Source: Acidobacteriota bacterium (lineage in GTDB: Bacteria > Acidobacteriota > CAIWXX01). Taken from it: a stretch of 64,000 nt of DNA. The number at the start of each line of letters is the position of its first letter. The first letter of the stretch is position 1. The stretch covers positions 160,001-224,000 of the forward strand of contig JBFMAF010000035.1 of NCBI GenBank assembly GCA_040755995.1. Direction: 5' to 3'. Of this stretch, positions 37,771 to 48,273 are shown piece by piece. Made by a program: the position numbers and the translations under genes. The notes beneath the pieces are model-generated. The model saw only the letters and a list, made by a program, of their open reading frames with translations. It was not told the DNA's origin and ran no database searches.

Positions 37771-38202
37771 TCAACGCCGGCCGATTCTGCTGAAACCCGC
37801 GTAGCGCCGGAGAAACTCCTCGACACCTTCCCTGCGAAAGACCCCGATATCCCACCGCGTACGTGTGATCCTGTGGCGTTCGCCGTCGCGAAGCAGGTAG
37901 GCGTCGGCCTCCATCGGCTCGCCAGTTCCGGTCTCCACGCGTATCGACGTTCGCACATACCATTCGCCCTCGAACTGATCCAGTACGCGGACGGTTGCCT
38001 CGCCGATACCCAGGTAGACAACACCGCGTGTCTCAGCGCCTTCTTCGGGGATCAGTCCCGGATAGAGCTCTCCCTCGATCGCATACCGTGCGTACCCGCG
38101 CGCAATCGCCGGAGTCCAGGCGAATGCGCGTCCTGTGACGGTTCCCATGATCTCGGGCAACATCAGCGTCCCGTACGTGAAAACGTTGATGGAGTCTGCC
38201 AC
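37771..38202 (-). CDS. Gamma-glutamylcyclotransferase (AIG2-like)
   Basis: VFTYGTLM, YPGL, LDQFEGEWYVR. Confidence 0.9.
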   Translation of the reverse strand: MADSINVFTYGTLMLPEIMGTVTGRAFAWTPAIARGYARYAIEGELYPGLIPEEGAETRGVVYLGIGEATVRVLDQFEGEWYVRTSIRVETGTGEPMEADAYLLRDGERHRITRTRWDIGVFRREGVEEFLRRYAGFSRIGRR

Positions 38203-38465
38203 AGCGTCCCTCGCCTGAGACGACCTTATCCCCGCCGCCCGCGCACGTCAACCGCGCCATGGACCAATCTGCCCGTTGCGGCCGGCCGCCCGGCCGCCGG
38301 CGATCCTCGTCGATCTCGACGCGATCTGCTATGCTTAGTACAGCTGCCGGATCGGGGCAGCTGGGATCTCCGAGCCGCACGCCGCTACGGCTGGATGCTA
38401 TGCGGGGCGGTCGATAGGGTATGGCTGGAAACGGCCATCACCTCCCGCGTTTGGAAAGGAGAGAA

Positions 38466-40103
38466 ATGATGAACGCGATCTACCATGTTCCCCAGCCCAA
38501 GAACGAACCCATCAAGCCCTACGCTCCCGGTTCTCCGGAGCGCGCCGAGCTGAAGGCGAAGCTCAAGGAGATGAGGAGCACCGAGATCGAGATTCCTCTC
38601 ATCATCGGCGGCAAGGAAGTCCGTACGGGCAATTTCGGAACATGCGTGATCCCCCACGAGCACGGCCATGTGCTGGCGCGATATCACAAGGCGGGCCCGG
38701 AGGAGCTCAAGCTCGCCATCCTGTCGGCCATGGACATGTGGACCTGCTGGTCACGCACCAACTACCAGGAGCGGGTGGCGATCGTGTGGAAGGCGGCCGA
38801 GATCATCGCCAACCGGATGCGCTCCACGTTGAACGCTGCGACGATGCTCGGCCAGAGCAAGACGGCGCACCAGGCGGAGATCGACGCGGCATGCGAGCTC
38901 ATCGACTTCCTCCGCATGAACACCTACTTCATGCAGCTCATCTACCAGATCCAGCCCGAGAATTTCGAAGCCACGTGGAACCGGCTCGAGTACCGGCCCC
39001 TGGAAGGTTTCGTCTTTGCGATTTCGCCTTTCAACTTCACCGCGATCACAGGCAACCTGTCCATGGCGCCCGCCCTGGCGGGCAACGTCGTGCTCTTGAA
39101 ACCCGCGTCGACCGCCGTCTACTCTGCGTACTACATCATGCAGGCATTCCGCGAGGCCGGACTGCCGGACGGCGTCATCAATTTTGTGCCCGGAGACTCG
39201 ATGGTCATGACGCAGCACGTCCTGACGCATCGTGATCTGGCCGGCGTGCACTTCACGGGCTCCAACAGTTCCTTCAACCAGATCTGGAAAACGATCTCGG
39301 ACAACCTCACAAGCTACAAGTCGTACCCGCGGATCGTAGGCGAGACCGGAGGCAAGGACTTCGCTGTTGTTCATGCATCGGCCGACGTCAAGGGCGCGGC
39401 CACGGGGCTCGTTCGCGGCGCATTCGAGTACCAGGGCCAGAAGTGCTCGGCCACCTCCCGCGCATACATTTCCAAAAGCATCTGGCCGGCGCTCGAACGG
39501 CAGCTGAAGGAGTTCCTGGCGCGGGTGAAGGTGGGCCCGGTGGAAGACTTCACCAACTTCATGGGCGCCGTGATCGACAAGAAGGCGTTCGACGACATCG
39601 TCTCCTACATCGAATACGCGCGCCATCACAGGGATGCCGAGATTGTGCACGGCGGGACATACGACGATAGGACCGGCTACTTCATCGACCCGACGATCGT
39701 CGTCACTCGCGACCCGCACTTCAAGCTCATGGAGGAAGAGATATTCGGCCCGGTGCTCACCGTGTACACATACGATGACAACGACTACGAGCGGGTGCTT
39801 CGCCTCTGCGACACAACCTCGCCTTACGCCTTGACCGGTGCAGTGTTCGCGCAGGATCGCATCGCCATCGCGCTCGCAGACGATCGACTACGCCACGCCG
39901 CCGGCAACTTCTACATCAATGACAAGACGACCGGCGCCGTCGTAGGTCACCAGCCGTTCGGCGGTGCGCGCGCATCCGGCACCAACGATAAGGCCGGCTC
40001 GATCTACAACCTGCTCCGCTGGATTTCCGTCCGGACCATCAAGGAGTGCTTCGCCTCACCCCAGGACATCGGCTACCCGTTCCTCGCCCGCGATTCCGAG
40101 TGA
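38466..40103 (+). CDS. pruA: 1-pyrroline-5-carboxylate (L-glutamate gamma-semialdehyde) dehydrogenase
   Basis: GQSKTAHQAEIDAACELIDF, SPFNFTAI, FTGS, GETGGKDF, AFEYQGQKCSATSR, EEIFGP, QPFGGARASGTNDKAG. Confidence 0.96.
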   Translation: MMNAIYHVPQPKNEPIKPYAPGSPERAELKAKLKEMRSTEIEIPLIIGGKEVRTGNFGTCVIPHEHGHVLARYHKAGPEELKLAILSAMDMWTCWSRTNYQERVAIVWKAAEIIANRMRSTLNAATMLGQSKTAHQAEIDAACELIDFLRMNTYFMQLIYQIQPENFEATWNRLEYRPLEGFVFAISPFNFTAITGNLSMAPALAGNVVLLKPASTAVYSAYYIMQAFREAGLPDGVINFVPGDSMVMTQHVLTHRDLAGVHFTGSNSSFNQIWKTISDNLTSYKSYPRIVGETGGKDFAVVHASADVKGAATGLVRGAFEYQGQKCSATSRAYISKSIWPALERQLKEFLARVKVGPVEDFTNFMGAVIDKKAFDDIVSYIEYARHHRDAEIVHGGTYDDRTGYFIDPTIVVTRDPHFKLMEEEIFGPVLTVYTYDDNDYERVLRLCDTTSPYALTGAVFAQDRIAIALADDRLRHAAGNFYINDKTTGAVVGHQPFGGARASGTNDKAGSIYNLLRWISVRTIKECFASPQDIGYPFLARDSE

Positions 40104-40109
40104 GCGGGC

Positions 40110-41486
40110 TCAGGAACTGCGGCTCGGGCCTTTCCCGCGGGCCGTGCCGATGTCGATACCCAGCTGGCGGCACTTCTTGTAGAGGTGGCTGCGTTCCAGG
40201 CCCAGCGCCGCTGCCGTGTCGGTCATGTTGTGGTCGCGACGTCCGAGCTCCGCCAGGATCATCTCGCGCTCGATCGCGGCCAACCTCTCGGCGAGCGTGC
40301 CTGCGGCAGGCGCAGCCGGACGCCCCGCGGCCGCCGGCGGCAGCACGGCCCTGACATCTTCGACCCGCACCTCGGTCTCGGCCAGCAGCAGGAGCCGCTC
40401 GACCACGTTGCGAAGCTCGCGAACATTGCCGGGCCAGGCGTATCGTCTCAGCTCGTCGAGTGAATCCGCGTGGAAGCCCTTCGTCTTCCACCCGTTCTGC
40501 TCGCTCACCTGTCGCGCGAAGTGCTCCACCAGCACCGGGATGTCGTCCTGCCGATCCCTGAGCGGAGGCAGCTGCAGGGGAAATACGAAAACGCGGTGGT
40601 ACAGGTCCTCGCGAAAGGAGCCCCGAGCGACCAGCTCACGCAGGTCGCGATGCGTTGAGACCAGAACTCTGGTGTCGGCACGGATCGGCCTGTCACCACC
40701 TACGCGCTCGACCTCGCCCTCCTCCAGCACCCTCAACAGCTTGGCCTGCATGTCGGCGGGCATGTCGCCGATCTCGTCCAGCAGCAGCGTGCCGCGGTGC
40801 GCCTGTTCGAACTTGCCGGCGTGCCTGTTGGCCGCGCCCGTGAAGGCTCCCTTCTCATACCCGAACAGCTCCGCCTCGATCAACTCCGCCGGCACCGCAG
40901 CGCAATTGACGGCGACGAACGGCCCGTCCCGCCGCGGGCTCGATTCGTGGATCGTCCTCGCCACCAGTTCCTTGCCCGTCCCCGTCTCCCCCAGGATGCA
41001 TACGCGCGACTCGCTCGCCGCGACCCGCTTCACCTGCGCCATGACGCGCTGCATCGCATCGCTTCGCCAGACCAGCTCGTGGCGGCCGAGGCGCTGGCGG
41101 AGCTGCCTGTTCTCCTCGTCGAGGCGGCTCATGCGGAGCGTGTTTTCGACCGTGAGCAACAGCTTGTCGCTCGACAGCGGCTTTTCCAGAAAATCGGCGG
41201 CTCCAAGGCGCGTGGCGCGCACCGCCATGTCGACCGTGGCCTGGCCCGAGATCATGATCACCGGTGTCGTCACGCCGAGCTTCTTGATCTCGTCGAGCAT
41301 CGCGATGCCGTCTTTCCCGGGCATCACGACGTCGGACAGGATCAGGTCGAAACGCTGCGTCCCGATCAGCTCGACCGCGCGGTCCGCGCTCTCGCACACG
41401 GTCGCCTCGTAGCCGGCGAGGCGGAACATCCGCGCGAGCGACGATAGCGTGTTTGGATCGTCGTCGACAACCAGCACGTGGCTCAT
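40110..41486 (-). CDS. Sigma-54-dependent response regulator (NtrC family)
   Basis: Receiver (VDDD, SDVVMP), GETGTGKE, GAFTGA, LDEIGD, WPGNVREL, C-terminal HTH. Confidence 0.97.
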   Translation of the reverse strand: MSHVLVVDDDPNTLSSLARMFRLAGYEATVCESADRAVELIGTQRFDLILSDVVMPGKDGIAMLDEIKKLGVTTPVIMISGQATVDMAVRATRLGAADFLEKPLSSDKLLLTVENTLRMSRLDEENRQLRQRLGRHELVWRSDAMQRVMAQVKRVAASESRVCILGETGTGKELVARTIHESSPRRDGPFVAVNCAAVPAELIEAELFGYEKGAFTGAANRHAGKFEQAHRGTLLLDEIGDMPADMQAKLLRVLEEGEVERVGGDRPIRADTRVLVSTHRDLRELVARGSFREDLYHRVFVFPLQLPPLRDRQDDIPVLVEHFARQVSEQNGWKTKGFHADSLDELRRYAWPGNVRELRNVVERLLLLAETEVRVEDVRAVLPPAAAGRPAAPAAGTLAERLAAIEREMILAELGRRDHNMTDTAAALGLERSHLYKKCRQLGIDIGTARGKGPSRSS

Positions 41487-43255
41487 GGCGAGTCATTCCT
41501 TTCGGCGGTCCCCTCCTGTGGCGGCCCCTGGACCGGGAGCTCGATTCTGAAGGTAGTGCCCGCGCCCGGCGCGCTCTCGACGGACACTCGCCCTCCGTGG
41601 TCGCTCACCACTGATTGGACGATTGCCAGGCCGAGACCCGTGCCGTGCGGCTTGCTCGTATAGTACGGAGTGAACAGCCTCGCGCACTCCTCTTTCGACA
41701 GCCCGGCTCCGGTGTCGGCTACATCGAGACGCACGACCTCCCCTTCCCTGCGCGTGCGGACAGTCAACGTTCCTCCCGAAGGCATCGCATCGATGGCGTT
41801 GAGTATCAGGTTCTGCAGGGCGCGCCCAATCAGCCCGGTGTCGCAGCGCATAGTCCTGAGGCTCGGATCGAAGTCGGTCACGGCGTTGATTCGACCGCCC
41901 GCCATTTGCGCCTCGAAGAGCTTCAGCGTCTTCCCGGCGAGCTCGTGGAGATCTGTCGTTTCCGGTCGAGGATGCGGCATCTTGGCAAAGTCGCTGAAGC
42001 GTGCGATGACGGCCTTCAAGTCCGAGAGCTCTGCCAGCAGAGTGCGTGCGCCCTCGTCGAACACCTCATCGAATTCTGCCGGCGCCGATTCCTTGGCGCG
42101 ACGCATGTTCTCGACTGTGATCTGCAGCGGGAAAAGCGGGTTCTTCAGCTCGTGCGCAAGGCGGCGTGCCAGCTCGCGCCACGCCGCCACGCGCTCGGCC
42201 TGCACCAGCCTGTCACGCTGATCGCGGAGCCGCGCGGTCATCTTGTTGAAGGCGTCCGCCAGCTCGCCGATCTCGTCCTTTCGCGAGATATCGACCTTTG
42301 CGTCCCACTGCCCATGGCCGATCTCACGCGCCCCGACCGCAAGCCGCTCGACCGGCCGCGTCACCCAAGCAGCCATCCATGCGCTCAGCAGGGCTCCGAG
42401 CAGCACCCCGATGCCGCCGACGACTGCGCCTGCGAGTCCAATGTCACGCACTAGTCGGGCCAGTTCATGGTGAGCGCTCGTGACGAGGAACACAGCCAGC
42501 ATCTTCCCGTCGCGACCGAACAGCGGAATCGCGTGGACCGTCTCGTCCACGTCGCCCGACCTGATCCGATCCGTCGCTTCCACACCGTCGCTGCGGACGC
42601 GCTCGATCAGGGGATCGAGCTCCGGGAGGCGCGGAGACGCGCCTTCCGGCGTGACCAGCGATGTGAAATCGCTGTAGAGCAGCACGTGGAGATCCGGGGG
42701 AAGCGTGAGCGAGGCCAGGAAGCTCGAACCGAGCGATCGCCCGCCGGTGATGTACAACCGCTTTCCTCCGACGGACATCTCGCGGATGGCGACCAGAGCC
42801 AGAACTGTCTGTTCCGGCAGCTCCTTCTCAGTCAGGAATGCGCGCGCGGTACCGGCGCCTGGCGTTGCCGCTTTGTACCCGAAGCGTGCGGGCCATTCGG
42901 CCGATGAAATGAGCCTGCCGTCCTGGTCCATCAGCTCCAACAGCTCCAGACCGTGAGATCGCGCGAGCATGCCCGCCTCGTGGAGGTAGGTCGAGTAGTC
43001 CGGCTGCGGACGACTCAGCTCGACCGCGATTCGCGTGACAATGTCTTCCTGCGAGACACTTTCGACGCGGCGGGCCACGTCCTCCGCGGATCTCTCGAAC
43101 TCGCGCCGGAACTGCGCCATGGATGTGGCAGTGCGCTGCTCGTCCAGCCGCTCGAACGTGCGGCGCGCCAATGTGGAAACCGCCAGCGTGACCAGGGTCA
43201 CGGTGACGGACACAGCGAGCGCGACAAGCGCGGCCAGTCGAGTGCGGAACCTCAA
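41483..43255 (-). CDS. HAMP-domain sensor histidine kinase (NtrY-like)
   Basis: TTG start overlapping the upstream stop; two TMs, HAMP, RLAHELKNPL, NLILNA, DTGAG, GTGLGL. Confidence 0.93.
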   Translation of the reverse strand: MRFRTRLAALVALAVSVTVTLVTLAVSTLARRTFERLDEQRTATSMAQFRREFERSAEDVARRVESVSQEDIVTRIAVELSRPQPDYSTYLHEAGMLARSHGLELLELMDQDGRLISSAEWPARFGYKAATPGAGTARAFLTEKELPEQTVLALVAIREMSVGGKRLYITGGRSLGSSFLASLTLPPDLHVLLYSDFTSLVTPEGASPRLPELDPLIERVRSDGVEATDRIRSGDVDETVHAIPLFGRDGKMLAVFLVTSAHHELARLVRDIGLAGAVVGGIGVLLGALLSAWMAAWVTRPVERLAVGAREIGHGQWDAKVDISRKDEIGELADAFNKMTARLRDQRDRLVQAERVAAWRELARRLAHELKNPLFPLQITVENMRRAKESAPAEFDEVFDEGARTLLAELSDLKAVIARFSDFAKMPHPRPETTDLHELAGKTLKLFEAQMAGGRINAVTDFDPSLRTMRCDTGLIGRALQNLILNAIDAMPSGGTLTVRTRREGEVVRLDVADTGAGLSKEECARLFTPYYTSKPHGTGLGLAIVQSVVSDHGGRVSVESAPGAGTTFRIELPVQGPPQEGTAERNDSP

Positions 43256-44643
43256 TTCTCCTCGCTCTCCAACCAGAGGTCCTCGAATCGCCAGGTGCCA
43301 TCCACGGCGAGCCCTCGCGTGTTCCAGCTTCTCACGCGTGTGCTCGAAGCGTAAAGTGCCGGCAGATGGAACAGCGGGATGATCCGGTAGTCCCCCAGCA
43401 GCAGGCTCTCGGCAGCCTGGACGGCCCGGAGCCCGGCAGGCGGCGCCGGGAGTTTTTCGTCGTTCAGCCCCAAGGCTCGAACCATCTCGACGAGCGCCAC
43501 ATCCGGCCGCGGCCCGGGCGTAGGCAGTTGTACGAGGCTCACGTCCGCGCCGGACCGCAGGGTCGATGTGTGGATCGTGATCCCGACCTCGTGCGCATCC
43601 AGGGCGATGCGATCCGCGATGAGCTGCGCGAGCGGATCCGAGCTGTCGCAGGCCAGCGTCAGTGGTGGAACGGGGCTCGCCAGCGACGCGACGAGCTGTC
43701 TGGCTCGATCCAGGTTCTGCGCGGGCGGGTGCAGGAAGGCGAAACCGCTCATCCACTGTGGTAGCACGGCGCACGTAATTTCGCCCTGATTTTGCAACAG
43801 CACGTTGTGGACGGATGACCGGTCCATGGCCAGCGCAACTGCTTCGCGCAGCCGGCGATCCTGAGTCGAAGGCCGCGCGGCATCGAGCAGCAAAGCGACG
43901 AGAACATTCGGCATCGAGCGCCAGATCCTCGCTCCACGCTGGGCAGCAAGACGAACCGCATCGGGCGCGACTTCGACGATCTCCGCCTTGCCTAATTCCA
44001 GGTCCAGCATCTGATCTCGAAGGGACCGCCCCATCTGGATCGAGACCCCGTCGAGGAAAGGCCGGCCGCGCCAGCAGTCGGCGTTGGCGACCAGCTGAAG
44101 ACATGGGCCCGATGAACACCCCGATGTCCGAAAGGGGCCCGTTCCGGCGAGGCGTCCGTCAGGGGCGCGCCGCCAGATCGAGTGCCGGGTGGAGGCCAGC
44201 TCCAGGGGCAAGTCCGGGCGGGGCTGCGGAGTCCGGATCAACACGCTGCCATCGCCAGCCATCACTTCGCAACCTCGTAGAGTGCCGGCGAGCGACTCGA
44301 CGCCGGACGCGGGCGTCAGCTCCGATCCGTCATGGAAACGCACATTGGGGCGAAGGTAGAAGCGCCATCCAAGGCCGTCAGGGTCCTGGGTCCAGGTGAA
44401 CGCCAGGCCAGGCTGCGGCGTTCCGGCATCGTCCAGCTCGACGAGCCTCTCGAAGACGAGCTTCATCAGGCGGTCCTTCGATGCCGATTCCACCGGTGCC
44501 GCGGGCCAGTCCGCCGGGCTCAGGTCGCGGATGATCGTTCGCATCTCCACCCGCAGCGTCCCGCCGTAATGGGGCCGGCACTCGACGATGCCGGCGGCTA
44601 GCGAGCTAGCGACCACAATCAACCGAAAGCATGTATGCTTCAT
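43252..44643 (-). CDS. Family-5 extracellular solute-binding protein with no adjacent permease
   Basis: Signal peptide; YGGTLRVE, LVFERLV, PGLA..W, FYLRPNVRFHDGSELT, GTGPF, RLREAVALAMDR. Confidence 0.85.
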   Translation of the reverse strand: MKHTCFRLIVVASSLAAGIVECRPHYGGTLRVEMRTIIRDLSPADWPAAPVESASKDRLMKLVFERLVELDDAGTPQPGLAFTWTQDPDGLGWRFYLRPNVRFHDGSELTPASGVESLAGTLRGCEVMAGDGSVLIRTPQPRPDLPLELASTRHSIWRRAPDGRLAGTGPFRTSGCSSGPCLQLVANADCWRGRPFLDGVSIQMGRSLRDQMLDLELGKAEIVEVAPDAVRLAAQRGARIWRSMPNVLVALLLDAARPSTQDRRLREAVALAMDRSSVHNVLLQNQGEITCAVLPQWMSGFAFLHPPAQNLDRARQLVASLASPVPPLTLACDSSDPLAQLIADRIALDAHEVGITIHTSTLRSGADVSLVQLPTPGPRPDVALVEMVRALGLNDEKLPAPPAGLRAVQAAESLLLGDYRIIPLFHLPALYASSTRVRSWNTRGLAVDGTWRFEDLWLESEEN

Positions 44644-45781
44644 ATGTGCCTGTGTCAACATCGAAGACCACAACGACGGCGTTGTCGCGTGTCGTCGTCG
44701 ACCACAGTGCCGTGACGACGCCTGGCAGCTTAATCGGCGAAGTGACTGCTACGGCCCGCAGGTCTGGTATCTCGAACGCCTGAACGGTGTCGTAGTCACT
44801 CGCTCCGCGCGGCAGCGTGACGACCACCTGCTCCCCGCACGACGTCTTGATGCCCGCGACGTCGTCTCCCCATGCATGGAACGCGGCCACCCGCTTGAGC
44901 GTCCTGTCCAAGATGTGGGCGGTGCCCTCCTGCCCCGCCAGGATCAAGAAGGATTGGCCGGCGGAGCTCGTCCGAGCCCCGGAATAGAACGGCGGCAGAT
45001 TCTCACGTTCGAAGAAATTCCGCCCGGGTGCCAGCCCGGCGCCGTCGATATCGAGCGGCCAATCCGCGTCGCCTGCGATGCAGTCCATTCCAAGCGACGG
45101 ATCGACCGTGCCGGCGCAATGCTGCCCGGGAAGATAGACACGGAAAGAGCTGCCTTCAATGATCAGGCGCCCGCGAGGATCGCGGATCAGGGCGGCGCTC
45201 TGCGGCAGAGGAAGGAGTTGTCCGATTTCCCACCGGTCTTCTTTCCGTTTGTAGAGAGACACGTTCGCAGGGTCCAGGACCAACAGCCTCTCGCCGATGG
45301 GGACGACGTCGAGAATGGGATAGCTTTGGCGAAAAAGAGGGTGCAGATTGAGCGCGAGCCGGAGTGGTGCAGCCGGTGAGCTTTCGCGCTGAGTCCGTGG
45401 CCACTCGGACACGTATGTGCGGCCGGCCTCGTCAGTCTGTGTCTGGGCTATCAGGACGAAGCCCATCATGTTCTCGCTGATGGCGAGGCGCAAGGCCGAT
45501 GGCAGAGCCGATTCGCCATCGTGCGTCGTGAGCCGCCCTCGCAGCTCTGCTTCGAACGCTTCCCGGACGACTCGGACATCGGCCTCACCGAGCGAAGACA
45601 TGTTCGTCACAGTCAGCGTCCAGCGTTCAGTCTCGGCCGCCTGCTGTAGGATCTGGCGGGCTAGCTCCATGGCACACCGCTGGAGAGCCGATTCCTCAGC
45701 CATCAGCGTGCCTGCGACGGATAGCGCGATCGCCAGGGTGAGGGCCCATCGAGGCCGGGAAGTGCGCTGTCCGATCATCAC
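44606..45781 (-). CDS. Secreted hypothetical protein (alpha/beta N-domain plus beta-rich C-domain)
   Basis: Signal peptide, several Cys, PRGRL and WGDDVA motifs; overlaps the SBP start. Confidence 0.75.
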   Translation of the reverse strand: MMIGQRTSRPRWALTLAIALSVAGTLMAEESALQRCAMELARQILQQAAETERWTLTVTNMSSLGEADVRVVREAFEAELRGRLTTHDGESALPSALRLAISENMMGFVLIAQTQTDEAGRTYVSEWPRTQRESSPAAPLRLALNLHPLFRQSYPILDVVPIGERLLVLDPANVSLYKRKEDRWEIGQLLPLPQSAALIRDPRGRLIIEGSSFRVYLPGQHCAGTVDPSLGMDCIAGDADWPLDIDGAGLAPGRNFFERENLPPFYSGARTSSAGQSFLILAGQEGTAHILDRTLKRVAAFHAWGDDVAGIKTSCGEQVVVTLPRGASDYDTVQAFEIPDLRAVAVTSPIKLPGVVTALWSTTTRDNAVVVVFDVDTGTYEAYMLSVDCGR

Positions 45782-46006
45782 AACGCTTCATGATAGCACA
45801 GCGGATTGCATCGCCGGCGCCGGACTGGAGTCCTGTTGCCAGCGAGGTAGACTCGACTGCCGGGTCGGTCGCCGTCCACCGGATTTTCGTGAAAAAGAAC
45901 CCCGTACCGCTTGACCCTGGCCCAGCACGCGCTTATATCTTGTGCAGGAGGCGTACTCATTGCTGCGTGCAGTCAGGAGCACGTGCGCTCCGAGAGGAGG
46001 GAGATC

Positions 46007-46609
46007 ATGATAGGTCATCGTCGGGCTCCATCGTTCGTCGTCGCGGTCCTGGTCGTCGCCTTCGTGATGGTTGCCGCGGGGTGGCTGGGCGCCGAGACAT
46101 ATCCCGTCAGGCTCCGAAACGTCTCAGGCCTCTCCGTGGATTTCGCGCTGGGCGACGGCCCGGTGTTCACCGGCACCTCCTGGGTCGTGCTCGGGGATTG
46201 GCACACCACGGTGTTGCATGTGAAGCCTGAGCAGTATCTCTTCTATCGCTACCATGGCAGAACCACCGGGTGGCGTCACTTCCAGCTCGGCAAGCAAGCC
46301 GGCAACAACCCGAGCTGGCGATTCACGTCCGGAAGCTACTACTTCCCGACGCTTCAGAAAGACCCGGCCAATGTCATCAACATCAACGGCGCCTGGAAGA
46401 TGGGCGGTCCGTACAATGTAGGCATGCCGTGCAAGATCATCCAGAAGGGCACTGTCCTCACCTTCATCAACGAGAACGGAAACAAGGCCCGCGGCTATTA
46501 CAAGGACGCAAACACGGTCATCGCGATCGAATGGAACAACCTGTACGGAGACATAACCGCCGACGGCAAGCGCATCAACTGGCGTAACAAGACCTGGTGG
46601 ATTCGATAG
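46007..46609 (+). CDS. Secreted hypothetical beta-rich, Trp/Asn-rich protein
   Basis: GAGGAGG RBS, signal peptide, C-terminal GAW..C.IIQKG..LTFINENG...INWRNKTWWIR. Confidence 0.8.
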   Translation: MIGHRRAPSFVVAVLVVAFVMVAAGWLGAETYPVRLRNVSGLSVDFALGDGPVFTGTSWVVLGDWHTTVLHVKPEQYLFYRYHGRTTGWRHFQLGKQAGNNPSWRFTSGSYYFPTLQKDPANVININGAWKMGGPYNVGMPCKIIQKGTVLTFINENGNKARGYYKDANTVIAIEWNNLYGDITADGKRINWRNKTWWIR

Positions 46610-46766
46610 CGCGGTGGAGCCGCGGGCTGAGTTCGTCTTGGGGTCCATGCCGCCTCGATCTTCGGCCGTTGGCGCCGCTGCCAGCACGTCGAACTGCGCC
46701 GACTGACGAGCGCGCCGGAGGCGCCAGCAGGACCCGCTGTCGCCTCCGGGCGCGCTGCCGTCCGGG

Positions 46767-48071
46767 TCAGCGGCGGCGATTGTCGTCGTCCGAGCTCGAG
46801 CCGAACCCCAGCGGGGTGGCGCGGAGCACGTCGTTGGCGAAGAAGAACTTGCCGTCGGACGGGACCATCATGATCTGGACCTTGTCGGAGAGCCTCTCGG
46901 CGATGATCTTCTGAATCAGCAGCGGGTTCTGCTTCAGCACCTCGGCCTCCGAACGCATCCGCTCGGCATCGGCCGCGGCGATCGTGCGAATGCGGACCCC
47001 TTCGACCTCGGCCATGATCTTCGCCTTCTCGGCCTCGGCCTTGCTGTCGATGAGCTTGGCCTGGGCGGCGGCTTCGGCATTCTTGATCGTCGATTCCTTC
47101 TTGGCCTCGGCTTCGAGTCGTGTCTGCTGGATTTGCTTCTCCTTGAGCGGCAGGGTGTATTGCATCGCATCAGACTGCGACTTGGCCTGCAGCACGGCCA
47201 CTTGCGCTGCGGCCTCGGCCTTCTTCACCTCGCGCGCTTTGGCCGCCTCGGCCTCCAGCTCGGCCGTTCGCACCTGCTTCTGCTTCACCTCGATCTCGAG
47301 TCCGATCCGGTCGTTCTCCTGCTCCATCACGAGCAGCGCCTCCATGCCCTGCGCGTACTGATGTGGGAGCACGATGTCGCGCAGCATGACCTCCTTGACC
47401 ACGATCCCGTCGGCCGCCAGCTTCTTCACGATCATGGAGGCAGCGGTCTTGCGTACCTCCTCTCTCTTCACCGCGAACACATCGCGCACCAGGTAGTTCG
47501 GAACGACTTCGCGAAACGCCGTCGTCACCACGGGCAGCACAATTTCCTGCTCGACCGGCTGCGGCAGGCTTGCATGAACGTAGTCCAGGCGCCCCGGATC
47601 GAGCCGGTATCGAACGGTGATCCCCAGGCCGACAGCCAGGCCCTCGCGTGTCTGCACCTGCAAAGCATCGGGCAGCTTCTGGCCTGGACCTCCGGTCGAG
47701 TAGACCTGATCACGGATGTTGAACAGCTCGACTCGATGGACCAGCGGCCACACGAGGTGAGTGCCTGGATGGAGGGTGCCAGGGAGAGTTCCCGAGACCT
47801 CGCTGACGCGGACCCCTGCCATTCCGCTCGGCACAACCACGATGCTCGATGCGGCAAGGAAGCAGAGGCAGGCCAGAGCCACGAGGACAGCCGGCGACTT
47901 CCAGCGAATGCATCTCGCGGGAGTGGCCTCGCCTGCTACCACCTCCGCGTGCTTCAGCCGGGCGACGAAGCCCGACATGAACTTCCAGTAGACATCCCAG
48001 GCGACGAGCCCTATGGCCGTCGCGATGAGCACGAAACCACCATAGACCAGCAGGTTCACGAGCAGTGACAT
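46767..48071 (-). CDS. SPFH/Band-7/prohibitin domain membrane protein with AEA-type coiled coil
   Basis: Two TMs, IVVVPSGMAGV, PGTHLVWP, VQTREGL, GIVVKEVMLRDIVLP, repeated EAEA, NPLLIQ. Confidence 0.92.
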   Translation of the reverse strand: MSLLVNLLVYGGFVLIATAIGLVAWDVYWKFMSGFVARLKHAEVVAGEATPARCIRWKSPAVLVALACLCFLAASSIVVVPSGMAGVRVSEVSGTLPGTLHPGTHLVWPLVHRVELFNIRDQVYSTGGPGQKLPDALQVQTREGLAVGLGITVRYRLDPGRLDYVHASLPQPVEQEIVLPVVTTAFREVVPNYLVRDVFAVKREEVRKTAASMIVKKLAADGIVVKEVMLRDIVLPHQYAQGMEALLVMEQENDRIGLEIEVKQKQVRTAELEAEAAKAREVKKAEAAAQVAVLQAKSQSDAMQYTLPLKEKQIQQTRLEAEAKKESTIKNAEAAAQAKLIDSKAEAEKAKIMAEVEGVRIRTIAAADAERMRSEAEVLKQNPLLIQKIIAERLSDKVQIMMVPSDGKFFFANDVLRATPLGFGSSSDDDNRRR

Positions 48072-48114
48072 GACCTCCCTCCTTTCTTTCTCAAACGGAC
48101 AGCGCGTCCCTGGA

Positions 48115-48273
48115 TCAGTGTTTGGAAGCGGCTCGCCGCGAGGCGTCTCGGGACGCCGGATGGAGCACGCCCTTCGACAAGCCGCTCAGAAGCACAATCG
48201 AGATCGGCAGCGCCACCAGCAGAGACATCAGCACCGCCGTACATGCCAGGACCAGGCCGGGTAGTTCTTCCAT
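48115..48273 (-). CDS. Unannotated 52-aa single-TM small protein
   Basis: AAAGGAGG RBS, then MEELPGLVLACTAVLMSLLVALPISIVLLSGLSKGVLHPASRDASRRAASKH*; not in the ORF track, whose shortest entries are 60 aa. Confidence 0.6.
   Translation of the reverse strand: MEELPGLVLACTAVLMSLLVALPISIVLLSGLSKGVLHPASRDASRRAASKH

Noticed and set aside
37771..40103. Functional link between the divergent GGCT and pruA genes
   Set aside because: GGCT yields 5-oxoproline, not P5C. No shared pathway evidence is visible.
41483..44119. 878-aa ORF-track version of the histidine kinase
   Set aside because: The first ~288 codons overlap the SBP gene in another frame and read like non-coding translation. The TTG at 43255 gives a normal TM start coupled to the upstream stop.
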